A model generated the notes under the pieces. That model saw only the letters and a program-made list of their open reading frames with translations. It ran no database searches and had not been told where the DNA came from. Of a stretch of DNA of 64,000 bases, positions 39,321-53,648 are shown one piece after another; positions within the stretch are counted from its first letter, which is position 1, and every line of letters starts with the position of its first letter. The stretch lies in assembly GCF_006345805.1 (NCBI RefSeq), contig NC_043008.1, positions 8,866,001 through 8,930,000 of the forward strand, given 5' to 3'. This DNA is from Octopus sinensis (lineage: Eukaryota). The position numbers and the translations under genes were made by a program.

Positions 39321-39451
<131 letters not shown>

Positions 39452-40977
39452 TAAGGATTGATACAGAGAGAGAGATATATAGACACAAAGGCAGACAGGT
39501 GGATAGATAGATAAATATAGATATAGATACACATAAAATATTATAATATGTATAAAATATTATAATAATCCAGGTTTCTCGGGGCACTGGGCCACTTGGT
39601 GTTGAATAGGTATACTATTAAATTAGTATCTAATTCTCTCACCCTTATTAATTAATTAGATATAGATACATACACATTTACATATATATATATACATATA
39701 TATATGCATATATATATATATATGCGTATATATATTCATATATACATATATATGTGTATGTATGTAATATATGTATTATGTACACATATATATATATATA
39801 ATATGATATATGATATATATTATATAATATATATATATAATATTATATATATATATTTATGTATGTAGTATATTATATATAATATATATATATATAATAT
39901 ATCTTTCATATTACCATATCTTTTGTTTGAATCATACGATTGCTGTCATAGTGAGACATTTGCCCAAAATGCCGCGCAATGGGAATGAACTCAAAACCAC
40001 GTGATTGCAAAGAAACCATTTTAGTCAAGACAGATTTTGTGAAAGTATGTGTGTGTGCGTGCATGTGTGCGTGCGTGTTTGTGTGTGCGTGTGTGTGTGT
40101 GTGTGTATGAGTAAACCTAAGCTGTGGTTAATTATTATTCTATGCTAAGCAATAAAGAAGTGAAAAATTAGAAAATAATCTGGTAGTTTGGGGTTTTCTT
40201 TTTTTTTGTTTCTGTTTTAGGTTTTTTTTTACCTTTTCCTTGTTTCATTCAGTTTTCATTGTTGCTGCTTTTCTCAATTCATTTCCTTTCTGCAAATTTT
40301 GCTGTCTTATTTATTTATTTATTTATTTATTATTTTTTTTTTTTGGTAGGGGGACTTCTTTTTTTTTTTTCCTATGATCGTAATTCTAGTTTTTTTCTGT
40401 TTATTTTCTTCTTGTACTCTTCTTTCATATATCAGAAGAAAGTTCGATGCGTGTTAGAATCATTTCTAAATGAGAGGATTTGATGATGTCGATTAAACTA
40501 ATTTCGACTTCTGATAGATTAATATCTCAACCAGAATATCTCCAACTATTTATAGCCCAATATTTATTAACGCTCTTTTGCATACGTCTTCCTTATTCCT
40601 GTTCGTTTTTATAGCATCATTAGATACTTTTATTTTATTTTTATTTCCAATTTCTCCGTTGTTTTCTTTCAGTTATATTTTATATATTTTCCTTCCTTTC
40701 TTCCTTCCACCCATCCTTCATCGTGTTTATATAGATATCAGTTTTGCTGGGTTTGGTTATGATTTTGTTATTCTTGGCTTATTTATCAAGGTGATCTTAT
40801 GCAGCCTCGTTTTATTCCTCAGCTACCTCTAATTGTTCTCTCACCCTAAACACTTTTCTTGTTTAAAAGATTTTGCTATGAATAATACACGTTTTACACA
40901 CACACACAAATATATATATATAAATATTTCTATATATATGTATATATATATATATAGATATATATATATACACACAC

Positions 40978-41057
<80 letters not shown>

Positions 41058-41584
41058 GTATTTATATGGGAATATATATTCACATATATATATAATTATA
41101 TAATTATATATAGACATATATGTATATATGGGTACATATTGCATATATATATATATAATTATACATACATATGTATGTATTTATGTATATAGATTATATA
41201 TATATTTTTTTTTTTTGCTTATTTATATATTTTTCAATTCATTTCGTCGGTGAAAGTCATTAATCACGCATCATGTGAAGTGAAGCGTTATATAAATTAA
41301 GAACAAATACCAATATTATGATGTGGATGACACTGAGTGTGTTGTGTGTATGAGTGTATACGTCAGAGCTTTCTGCGTGTATCTACACAACTCCTTAATT
41401 GCCATTTTACTCAAAAACCCAAATAGAAAACGAAATAGATGTGTAAAAAAAAATATAATAATAGCCAGAAAGAACTCGTAATATTTATCGAATTTTCATT
41501 GTTATTGCTTTTCTCTCTGTGATTTTTTTCCCACACAAACCTGTACAAATACTCGCAAAGACATAATGCATTGACATATACAGA

Positions 41585-41825
<241 letters not shown>

Positions 41826-41878
41826 TTATATATTATATATATATATTTCATATACATTATAAAAACACATACGCGTAT

Positions 41879-41937
<59 letters not shown>

Positions 41938-43022
41938 ATAGAATATATGTATATATATATTTACATGTGTACATATATACATATATGTATATATACACAC
42001 ATATTATATATATATATATGTGTATCTATGTATATGTATATTTTATGCATAATATATATACATATAAATATATACACACACACACATATATATACGCGTG
42101 TGTGTGTGGGTGTGCGCAAAAAATGTCAGAGACACAAGCGACAATGTATACCTACAAGTATGCATGCCTACACCTACAGAGCAGAGGGAGATGGTGATGT
42201 AGGTAGGTGTTGAGAGAAGAAATAATCTACGAATGGGTTTAATTCTGCAGATTATAAAGGGTTGCTCACACACAGTGTCAGTCAACGAAACATTTTTCCG
42301 TTTCAAATGTAATGATAATTCGCCACGCCTTGGGGTTTAGGATTTCACGTCTTGGACAATAATTTCAGATAGTATTTCATGCACGTAAAATCTGGTAAAT
42401 AGATAGGTATACAGAAACACGTGCTCGCGCTAATATATATGTGTGCATTTGAGGGTGTTGGCATAGATATGTGTGCGCGTGTGTTTGTTTGTGTGTGGAG
42501 TTTGGGGTATGGGGTGTGCGTGGTTTTGTGTATGTACTTATGCTAATCCCATGTATGAAAATAGGGAATATAAAATTAATATATTTCCATTTTTCGTAAG
42601 CAAATGCAAGATATTGTCTCTTCAAGGGAAGAAAAGTGATTGTTGTGTATATGTATGTGTGTGTATGTGTGTGTGTGTGTGTGTGTGTGCATGTGTGTAT
42701 GTGTGTGGATATTCATCCATGAATGAATGTACGTATATGGATATATGAATGAAGGCATATATACATATACATATACACAGACATACATACAGACAACCGC
42801 GCACACATATAAAGGCAAAATGCACAGGATGTTTGAATGTACGCATATGTATATATCTAAATAGGCACTCCGAACATATATATATACATAATGGGAGCGA
42901 AAAAATACATGTTTAATACTCCGATTAACAACTAGGAATCAACAACTCATTTCATATGTATCACATTACATTTAAGAGTGTAAGTATATGTTTAGTGTGA
43001 GTATGTATGTATTATCTATCTA

Positions 43023-43060
<38 letters not shown>

Positions 43061-44005
43061 AGTTCTAAGACTAATATAGACGTATTGACCCACTGATGCA
43101 CACGTTTATGCAATAGTACAGCCGTTTATACATGTATGTATGTAAGTATGTATGTATGTATGTATGTATGAATGTATGTATGTATGTATGTATGTATGAA
43201 TGTATCTATGTATGTATGTATGAATGTATGTATGTATGTATATATGTATATGTGTATGTATATCTATATATATGTGTGTGTGTGTATGTATGTGTGTATT
43301 CATGTACGTATATATTAATCACCATTCATATATGTACAGGCACACACACATATATATGACTATATATATGGGTGTGTATATATTCATTCATACATACACA
43401 CATACAAGTTTGCATACATACTCGCATGCATACGTAGATACACACTCATACATACATACATGCATACATACATATATGCAAACATACATACACGCATGCA
43501 TACATACATACATACATACATACATACATACATACATACATACATACATACATACATACATACATACATACATACGTACGTACATACATACCTACCTAAA
43601 CTTTATAATGGCTAAAGCCATCGAAGTGTTCTTACTGTGAAATAAAGTGCGCACATTTCTGAGTGGTAAGTTATTGTTAAGCAATGATATTATAGCTTGG
43701 AGAGGATATTTTTAATATAAGGAGAAAAAGTTATTAAGTTCCATCGGGTATTTTTGGCAAAGCGAATAAATAAACGATTGTTATATTGTGTGACACTTTA
43801 TATATTGGTATTCATTTTAAGACTTTACCTTCTATTGTCTTGGTTTTCTTTTCGTAATTTTGATATATGATTGTTTGTGGAAATATCACTGTGTAAATTG
43901 TTATGCTTGTGAATATTCGCATATGTGCGTTTATCTATGGATACTTAGACGAGTATATATATGATACACACACATATACACATATATATGTTTGTATGTA
44001 TATAG

Positions 44006-44076
<71 letters not shown>

Positions 44077-44449
44077 CATATATGAATATAAATATATTTA
44101 TATAATGATATGTTATGTAATATATCCTACATATATACAATATATACATTATATAAGTATATATGTATATATTATATATTTTTTACATGCAGTATGATAT
44201 ATTTCTATGTATACCTGGAAGAAAATATAAGAATTTATTAATAAATATACATGAGGAAGACGCTAGAATGTTTATATGGAATTGTAATCATAATGCTATC
44301 AATACAAATAAATGTATGAATGATTATATACACATGAATATATATACATACATATATATATACTTATATATGTACATATATATAAACATATATATATATA
44401 TATATTTGAATATAGAGATATATCGATACTTATACGCATGCATACATGC

Positions 44450-44499
<50 letters not shown>

Positions 44500-44958
44500 G
44501 TATCTTTACAGATGCATATATGCATGCACACACACTTATATCTGTGTGAAGGAGTATATATCTAACTAATAAGAGTCCATCTCCGCACGTTATTGCTACC
44601 TCTTTAACTATTTTTATCAAATTTTTACAATCTCTACTGATATCGTGTTGATATCTATACTCTATCGTCTGTTGTTTTTATATTTTTATTCCATTTACTC
44701 AGCCAATATGCGTGCATATCAATAGAACTGCATATATCTTTATCATTATCGATAATTGTACATTTATATTCATATTTTAGTTCGAATGCGTTGAAACCTT
44801 TGTTATTTAATATTTTCCATAAATATAGCCTTTCACTATATATTCCTACGCGCTTGCGCAAATTACCAATATACTCAGATACACTGTCACTATATGTATG
44901 TATATATTATGTATATTATATATATACACAACACACACACATATATACATATATAGAT

Positions 44959-45001
<43 letters not shown>

Positions 45002-45409
45002 GTATATATGTATGTATTATGTATATAGTATTTAATAACAGTTTATTTCGACTTCAAATAAATAAAAAGTTTCGTTCGATCGTCCCACGAACCTAACTCG
45101 TGCGGCACACAGAACCGAATGAAGTGGAGTCCAAGATTACATCTAGTTGTTGGGCTGCTAGTAGTCAACGCTGATTATTGATGTATTAACAATTTGGTAG
45201 TGAGTCCAGTTTCAATCAGAATTCCAAAGAAAACGTGATGGGACTGAATGCTGTTGGTGACACTTTGTATATATATATACATACAGAAATACAGACAGAC
45301 AGAATACAGACATACATACATACAAACATGCATACATACATACATATCACTGGAAAAAGGATATATGTATTTGCATTGGGAACCCTTCGAATCGAAGACC
45401 GGTAATTGT

Positions 45410-45453
45410 TGTACACTGACGATGGGTAAATATCAGAAACCTGGGTCCGTGCG
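45410..45453 (+). ncRNA. Minimal type I hammerhead-like motif
   Basis: TGTACA-CTGACGA(45416-22)-TGG/TCA stem II-GAAAC(45436-40)-CTGG-GTC(45445-47)-CGTGCG; stem I has a closing A.C mismatch plus 5 pairs (2 G.U). Confidence 0.45.
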
Positions 45454-45622
45454 TATCACGTCAAGTCGACGATGGGAAGGATGGCTTCCCTTTGCAAATA
45501 CTGATAGGACACAGAAAGTGTGTCAATAGCCAGCTGGAGAAGATGTGCTCCTGGGGCTACAAGCTACAGTAGCGTCCACCCTTAGTGGTTAGCCACATTT
45601 AAGTGGCAGATATACTTCACAA

Positions 45623-45685
<63 letters not shown>

Positions 45686-45764
45686 TATAATAGAAACTCT
45701 GTCCCTTTGTGTTTGTTTGTCCCATTAATTGAAAGTAAATGGTCCAAAGGAAGCAACACTAATT

Positions 45765-46090
45765 GTGCACAAACCTATGACGAACTGCATTGAGGCAAAT
45801 ATTATCACTGGTTGTGGTAAACATCCCATGATGTGAAAGTAGATGATTCAAGGGTGGTAACACCAAGTGTGCACGAACCTATGGCGAACTGCATTGAAGC
45901 AAAGATTCTCACTGGTTGTGGTAAACGCCACACCGTCTTCGTTCCTCGCATACCAGTAGTTATACCATCTAATGTCCCATTCAAATTTCAGCCCTTACAA
46001 TTTCCTATCCCACTTCCTCTTGCCATGCCCATTAATAAATATCAAGGCCAAACACAAAGAGTTGCTGGATTGCAACCTGAAGAACAAACA
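45765..46090 (+). mobile_element. Helitron Pif1-type helicase fragment
   Basis: IEAKILTGCGKRHTVFVPRIP..PFKFQPLQFPI.L.LAMPINKYQGQT..VAGLQ matches the Helitron/Pif1 C-terminal RLQFP...A.SINKSQGQT motif; ~60-bp segment duplicated at ~104-bp spacing (45765, 45869). Confidence 0.85.
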
Positions 46091-46824
46091 GAAGTTCGTA
46101 TATGAAATCCATCTTCTTTCTACTTCAATTATTAAATGTTTTTCTCTTATATAATATGCATATACAGGACAAGTAAACCTAAATCTGACTGACAGGACAC
46201 AGCATTTGTAATTTCATTGGAATATTACTTATTGTTGCCTTGCTTTCCATTCCGATAATATAGCCTCGGAATTTCAGCACTAACACTGACAAGATACAGC
46301 ATTTGTAATTCCATTTGACAATTACTTACTAATATTCCTAATCAAAAAAATATCTCCTAAAATAAGACCGTCAAAAAATGAACACCAAACAAACGCACGA
46401 CGTGCAACAGAAAAGCGTGGATGAGACACGCGCAAACGTAAATCTTTAGTCGTTAGTCTCAGCTTGGTTCAGATTCGAAACGACGATTAACATAACATAT
46501 ATTTTCTTTTGAAATTCTACCTGTGTGAATTCTATGTGAAGTTGCTTGTATATATGTTCAAGATGATCTCAAACCAATGCTAAAACCGTTTTACCACATT
46601 GTTGCTGGAGCTTGCAAAACACTTCAGATTCCGAAATTCTATAAGAACAGCTGCTTTCCCTCTTCTCTTCTGTACTTGCTTCTCTTTTTTCTAGACTGGA
46701 GCTTTAAAATATATTCGAAACAAAACAGCCAACCAGAAATAGATGAACTCCGGAATACAGCTGTGACAGCATTGTGTATTGCTTTTTAAAATTCCACTTT
46801 GCAGTCTGAAGGACAAATACGCAG

Positions 46825-46879
<55 letters not shown>

Positions 46880-46883
46880 TTAT

Positions 46884-47063
46884 ATATACTTTATTTAAAG
46901 CAGCAGAAAATTCAACAAAACCTCTTACTCTGAGTTTCACGTTGCCGTTCGTCGGACAGTTTTTGCTAGAAGTTTTTTCTAGCAAAAACTGTCGACGAAC
47001 GGCAACGTGAAACTCAGAGTAACAGGTTTTGTTGAATTTTCTGCTGCTTTAAATAAAGCATAT
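46884..47063. repeat. ~180-bp palindrome (88-bp arms, 5-nt loop) with a hammerhead-like motif in each arm
   Basis: Arms 46884-46971 and 46977-47063 differ at about 3 positions; arm motif CTGT-(C)CGACGA-ACG/GCAA/CGT-GAAAC-TCAGA-GTA-ACAG. Confidence 0.9.
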
Positions 47064-47127
47064 TACTCTACCACTGGTATTTGAGTACTCTTTTTTCCAC
47101 CTTGTTTCACATTTATGTGTTTACTCC

Positions 47128-47177
<50 letters not shown>

Positions 47178-47399
47178 TAATTGGTGTGTAAGTATATAGT
47201 GAATTAAAAGTTCACTCTTTCGAAAACATCTAGAATTTCAATCAAAAACAGTTGACCACATCTATACAACCATTCTCTAATGAATGCAAAAGAATAAAGA
47301 AATAAGACATGGGAGTACAATTATAATTTTTACTGAAGAAAGTCAAAAACAACATCTGGTTTCTCAGTTAAAACATTGACCAATTCAAATACACGGATT

Positions 47400-48760
47400 T
47401 CTAGAAATTATCCATCTGCCTCAGACCAAATGTCCTCCGGAAAAGACCAGTGGCTGTTTTTGTGTTGATACACAGCTTTTGCGAAGATGTCGTCACTCTT
47501 ACACACCACTTATGCACTATACAAAGCCGCAGTGGAACATACACTGTTCACATTATCTGACTAGTAAAGAGCTATGAGTGGCTGACAATACTCTAAGAAC
47601 CATTCTAAACCCTACTTTGATCTACGTTTGGTTCAAGACTTCAGATCTGTCAAAGCGAGGAGCTTTGGAAAATGTGTCTCACAGCCGGAGACCACATCCG
47701 GGTATCCTGAATGAAACGCTGGAAGTGCCCTAGCGTTTGTGCAAGTCTACGATTCTTCCGCCATAACGTGTTCAGTCCTCTATACAAGAAGCCCCCGAAC
47801 AAGTCTGGTACATTTATTTAAATCTCCTAGGAAAACCCATCAACCCGAACGACATTTCCCTCAAGCCATCGCTCCTCATATTTTGTCAGATGTCATCAGC
47901 CTTTCTGAGAACTTGGCAAACTTATCGGATACTTCAAAGGTACTTTCTTTTATCTAACTCAAAGGATGGAAGGTAAAGTTGACTGCAGCATGATTTGACC
48001 TCAGAATATAAAGACCCGGAACAAATAGTACAAATCACTTTGTCCAACGTTCTAAACTTCTTGCCAAGCCACCACTCTCGCTTCTTTCTTATAATTGTCT
48101 CTAACATAATCACAGGGTTAGAAATTTGGGGACGAGCTCAGTATTTAAGACACTCTTTATTCTACTGACCCAAGAAAGGACAAAACGCAAGCCTGACAAT
48201 AAACTGATACAAACTCAAAGCATAAATAGGCTTGGCAAACTGCCTCAAAGTTCCTACAATTCTGCCCATCCATGGCTTGCATTCATAAAATTATAATACT
48301 AAATAAATAGCAGATTCGAATGTCGGAATCAGGAGCAAATTGTTTTAAAATAGCGAGACACGACACACAACACACTGGATTACTAAGAGATAGTGAAGTC
48401 AAGAGTTTTCTTAAAGGTTTTGCTACCACCCTACAGCTTCATAGGTATATTAGAATCATTTAGCTAACAAACTTCGCCCTTCACATCCAACTTGCGCAAA
48501 ATTTGCTACAAAGAAACACCCACCACTCCATCATCAGCTTCCTCTTCAAGTCATTCTTGAAGGAGCCGATAAGATCTAAAACCTCACTTTCAACGTGTCC
48601 ATCACGCAATTTCTTTTGCTATAGCCACCCGATTGTGGAATATTACCTTCTCTTTCTTGCCAAAACAAGGCAGTAGTTCGATCTTCACAAGAAACTCAAC
48701 TGGTAGTCAGATCGATCTTGCGAATAGCAAGAGCTGACACACATACTCCTACAATGCACG
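47400..48760 (+). mobile_element. Possible very old CR1-like LINE debris with a SINE A fragment (~47960-48070, minus) inside
   Basis: Only weak motifs: SKPYFDLRLV (endonuclease-like) and ATRLWNITF (CR1 3'-end RLWNSLP-like). Confidence 0.25.
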
Positions 48761-48960
48761 AAAAACGAGCACGTACCGGGTGGTACTTGTTTTTGTGTAA
48801 ATTTTGGACATGTTCAGTGGCTTCTTATTCCAATGCAGCCAGGCCCATAGAGTTTTGCACGAACAGGAAAAATCCCTTTTGCACTGCTAGGACAAGTACT
48901 TAAGATAATTGTTTATAACCACAAACTTGAAATTTCTCCGGAAGGAACACTGAAAGGCTC

Positions 48961-49168
48961 TTAATTTACATTATTTACATTTGACGGGTATTTGTCCTCA
49001 TCTTGTTTGTTGCTAACACAACGTTTCGGCTGATATACCCTCCAGCCTTCATCGAGTGTCTTGGGGAAATTTCAAACCTGGGTTCTCATTATTCAGGTCA
49101 CTGCCTGGAATCGAACTCGGAATCTTGGGGTTAGTAGCCCCCGCTCTTAATCACTATGCCATATGCCC
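48961..49168 (-). mobile_element. tRNA-headed short element with hammerhead tail (left copy; core mutated to TCGATGA)
   Basis: Minus strand GGGCATATGGCATAGTGATTAAGAG (A box)..GAGTTCGATTCC (B box, 49107-49118)..AAGACAC-TCGATGA-A-GGCTG..CAGCC-GAAACGT-T-GTGTT. Confidence 0.75.
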
Positions 49169-49170
49169 GT

Positions 49171-49670
49171 GGGCATATGGCGTAGTGGTGAATAATAATA
49201 ATAATGAGAAGAAGAACAACAACAACAACAACAAGAACAACAACAAGAACAAGAAGAACAAGAAGAACAAGAAGAACAAGAACAAGAACAAGAACAAGAA
49301 CAAGAACAAGAACAAGAAGAACAAGAACAAGAACAAGAACAAGAAGGAGGAGGAGGAGGAGGCGAGGAAGAAGAACAAGAACAAGAAGGAGGAGGAGGAG
49401 GAGGAGGCGAGGAAGAAGAAGAAGAAGAAGAAGAAGAAGAAGAAGAAGAAGAACAACAACAACAACAACAACAACAACAAGAACAAGAAGAAGAAGAAGA
49501 AGAAGAAGAAGAAGAAGAAGAAGAAGAAGAAGAAGATCGAAAAATACCTTAGGAATGAGAACCCACGTTCGAAATTTCCCCAAGACACCTGATGAAGGCT
49601 GGAGGGTATATCAGCCGAAACGTTGTGTTATCAACAAGCAAGATGAGGAGAAACATCCGTCAACTGTTAA
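49171..49670 (+). mobile_element. Inverted (right) copy of the same element, head deleted, with (AAC/AAG)n expansion
   Basis: GGGCATATGGCGTAGTGGT, then microsatellite 49192-49535, then 49552-49670 about 90% identical to the reverse complement of 48961-49090. Confidence 0.75.
49582..49629 (+). ncRNA. Minimal (Penelope-type) type I hammerhead ribozyme
   Basis: Stem I GACAC/GTGTT, CTGATGA 49589-95, extra A, stem II GGCTG/CAGCC, GAAAC 49617-21, loopless palindromic stem III (AACGTT), predicted cleavage after GTT at 49624. Confidence 0.7.
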
Positions 49671-50467
49671 ATATAGAACTGCATTGTCTCCTAATTGATG
49701 CCTAGAATCGTTCTTCGGCCATCGTCACACATAAACTCCATTAACATTCGATGGAATTCGAGGGTTAAAAGTAAGTTGATGCTGTTGATAACTTTCATAA
49801 AGTGTTTATATGGAAGTCGAGTCGATATGAGGAGATTAAGGAAGAAACCGTAGACGCCGGTTGTCGCAGTTATGTTGGTTATTGTTGGTTGTGGGGTTTT
49901 CAGTTGTTATATTAATGTTCTCCATATTAATTATGGCGATAATGGTGAAGAGGACGATAATAAAAAAAAAGCGTAAAAGTCAATGATGATGATGATGATG
50001 ATGGCCGTCATCATGATAATATTTTGAAGGTGGGAGTAGAAATTTAAGATGATGAATATGATGACAGAAGCGTGGATGAAATTTCTTAGCTTCAACGAAC
50101 AATACTTAGAGGCACATTGGAAATAAATGAGAAGAATTGGTATAAAAATCATTGACACGGAAGTTATTATATATCGGGCTAGACTACATGAGTATCATAC
50201 ACACACGTAATGTATTAACAATGATATATGCGTGTTGAGAGAGAGAAAGAGGAGAGAGAGATGCATACATATATATCCACACACATACAAGCATACAAAT
50301 ATATAGATAGATAGATAGAGAGAGAGAGAGATAGTGCTGTAAATATGTAGATGTAGATATAGATATAGATATAAATATGTATATATATGTATATACATGA
50401 GTGCATAAATAATGCCTGTATGTCTATGTGTGCAATGTTTATTTGTGTATAGATATATACGTTTCTA

Positions 50468-50661
50468 CTCTAGGCACAAGGCCCGAAATTTTGGTGGAGA
50501 GTGCCAGTCGATTAGATCGACTCCAGTATGCAACTGGTACTTAATTTATCGACGCCGAAAGAGGAAGAAAGGCAGAGTCGACCTCGGCGGAATTTGAACT
50601 CGGAACGTAAAGACACGAAATACCGCTAAGCATTTCGTCCGGCGTGCTAACGTTTCTGCCA
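50468..50661 (-). mobile_element. SINE family A
   Basis: Reverse complement of the A head and core with the GGCACAAGGCCCGAAATTTT tail variant. Confidence 0.85.
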
Positions 50662-51566
50662 CGTGTGTGTGTGTGTGTGTGTGTATAAGACAGGAAGGAA
50701 AGCAGTGCTCTTGATCCTTTACAGGGCTACCGAGAATAGTGGAAAAGAAGAATGAAGGTACCCTCTAATCGGAAACTTTCTCCGAATGCTTCTAGCAAAG
50801 TAGATTCTGCTAAATGCAGCCGTGGTGTTAAGTTGTTGTGTCAAACTGTGCGAGGCATTAAGTCAACCATCCACGTAGATCACGGAGAGAAGTTGGAATC
50901 CAGAAAGCAAAGAGCACAAACAAATAACCCCAAACCCTTATTTCCCGATTTTATCAGAAGACACGCAGTAATTGTAACCCATTTTTTCTTAGAAAACAAT
51001 GAAAAATCCAACTTATATATAGCGTTCGTAATCTTCCACATTCTCTGATCGTTTGATATAATTAAAGCTTTGTAAAATCCAATTATTCCCAATTAAAACA
51101 ACTTAGTGCTTTCGTTACTATATTTCTAATTAAAATTACGTCACCTAAATGGTTTAGTCATGTTCTGAACTTATCATGAATTTAGACTGATTATTTAACA
51201 CGACTATAACTTTTTTATTCTTCCTATATACTAAGAGAAAAATCCTATTGTGGTTACCATATCTGTCAACCACTGTACTTGGGTTTTAGTGAACCTCGGT
51301 CCTTTATTAACCTCTTAACTCCATATAAATTTCTATTGATATATGTTGTACCTACACGCATACAGATGATGCATTACAGAAGCTGTAGTCTATTGAGCTA
51401 AATATATCAAATATTTCCTGCAGAGCAGCGCTGAGATAAAATGTAATATAATGCAGGATTTGAAGTTTATCATTAATCAACGACATTAATTATTACACAG
51501 AGCGTTACAACCTGCGTTATCCTTACAGACACAATAGGCTGTATTAAGATAACACTACTAATAACA

Positions 51567-52066
51567 GGCGCAGGCGTGACTGTGTGGTAAGAAGCTTGCT
51601 TCCCAACAACGCGGTTCCGGTTTCAGTTCCAATGCTTGGCGCCTTGGGCAGCTGTTTTCTACTGTAGCCTCAAGCCGACCAAAGCCTTGGGAGTGCATTT
51701 GGTCGACGGAAACTCGAAGAAGCCCGTCGTATATATATATGAGTGTGTGTGTGTGTGTGTGTGTGTGCGTGTGTGTGTGTGTATGTATATATATGTATGT
51801 ATGAACGTATGTATGTATATATATCTGTGTGTGTGTGTATGTATGTATGTATGTATATATTTGATTTGTGTGTCTGTGTTTGTCCGTCCACCATCGCTTG
51901 ACAACCGATGCTGGTGTGTCTACGTCTCCGTAACTTAGGAATTCGGTAAAAGACCCCGATAGCATAAGTAGCCGGCTTACAAAGAATATGTCCTGGGGTC
52001 GATTTGTTCGGCTAAAGGCGGTGCTCCAGAATGGCCGCAGTCAAACGACTGAAACAAGTTACAGAG
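51567..52066 (+). mobile_element. SINE family B, full length
   Basis: GGCGCAGGCGTGACTGTGTGGTAAGAAGCTTGC head, expanded internal (TG)/(TA) block, GGCGGTGCTCCAGAATGGCCGCAG tail. Confidence 0.9.
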
Positions 52067-53064
52067 AATAATAATGATGGTTTCAAATTTAGCACAAGGC
52101 CTGTAATTTTATGGAGATGTTGGTAAGTTGCATAATTATATATTTTATTTCAGAAATGAAATAAATCTCAAACGCAGGAGATTAGCTGTGAAAATATCTT
52201 AAAGGATAGAATAAAATACATTTATAGACGGGAAATAAGTGATTGTTACAGAGCGGTTTGCTTGCCTCTTTTTTCCGTCTGTAAGGGTATTTTACCCAAT
52301 CCTCTTAGCTGGCATTACAGTTCTTCTCCTTTCGAGAATTCCTTCATTTTGAGTGTTCCAAGTTTATGAAACATCAGCTCACTCGGTTTGCATATTTTCG
52401 TAATAATTAAGGATTGGAGTAGAACAAAGTTTTATACCATATATCTGAGAAGATTAATAAAGTTTCTTGATTAATTACCATAATTTGTGTCCATACAACA
52501 TTTTTCAAGGGTAAATCAATTCTATAATTTTTCTCCAGCAAAGCAAGCGAACTTCATAGCAGATGTATTAACCCAACATTTAGCACAGCTTAATACAAGA
52601 TTCTTATGGTCATCCATTAGTCACAGAACTACTCTAATTGCTTATAAAATTATTTTGTTTGGTATAAACATCAGCACATAAAATCAGCTATTAACCAATA
52701 TTTCATTACATATTCACTTGTATTGCTTCATAAATGATTGCTAATTTAAAGCTAATAAAACCTAGTAGTAGCAGCGAGGGTAAGTGTGGCAGACCAGCAA
52801 ATAGTAGATTGCAGACGTGTATAGCCAAAACTTCTCCCTTACTTAGGCTATTTTATATTAATGAAGTATTATTGCTATGCATTGTTACCTTGAAAAAATG
52901 TTTGGGTTTTCTAAATACTACTGTTTTCTAACCCATACGTTTGCAGTTCATTTTAAGGGGTATCTCTGCACTTGTAGTACCACTTGTCAGTAAACCCAAA
53001 CTGCCATCTAATAATGTTTTCTTTGAAAAGAGACATGTGCCTTATATACCATCAAATACACACA

Positions 53065-53103
<39 letters not shown>

Positions 53104-53357
53104 TTGTATATATATATATACATATGCAAAAAAGGATGGAATATAATTAATTTAATAAAATTAATAAATTTCACCTAATAGATTTATCGGTATGGAAAAG
53201 ACCATATTTCGTAAGGGTTATAATAATTATAATTAAGGGTTAATTGCAATAAGTTGCTCAAAACCACATACCGAAAATATTAGAAATAGCAGCCAAAATT
53301 GATCACTATTCCTCTAGTAATAAAAAGTCTCCACAAACAAACAGAATTTGTAACCTG

Positions 53358-53388
<31 letters not shown>

Positions 53389-53648
53389 ATATATATATAT
53401 CTATATATATATATATTATATAAATTAATCAATATAGGGTGGCAAGGAAAATTTTGTAGAATTTTATTGCCACCAGCGGCCCAGTAGGAAAAATTAAATA
53501 GTCATAGACCATTTTTAAGTTCAACATTAACAATTAAGGAACGGCCATAATAGGCCATTCACCCACTAGAAATAACAGCCAAAGCTTCTACCGCAAATAA
53601 AGATTAATTCCGTAAACAGGAGAAAATTAAAAAAACATTTACCCTGTA

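Noticed and set aside
46380-46460. Helitron 3' terminus (GCACG-A-CGTGC hairpin)
   Set aside because: Not followed by a CTRR end at the expected distance, so the Helitron boundary was left undefined.
50752-51048. 98-aa ORF (also 20634-20897, 28831-29043, 33770-34006) as host exons
   Set aside because: No recognisable domain, no convincing splice pair or start context, and lengths within chance expectation.
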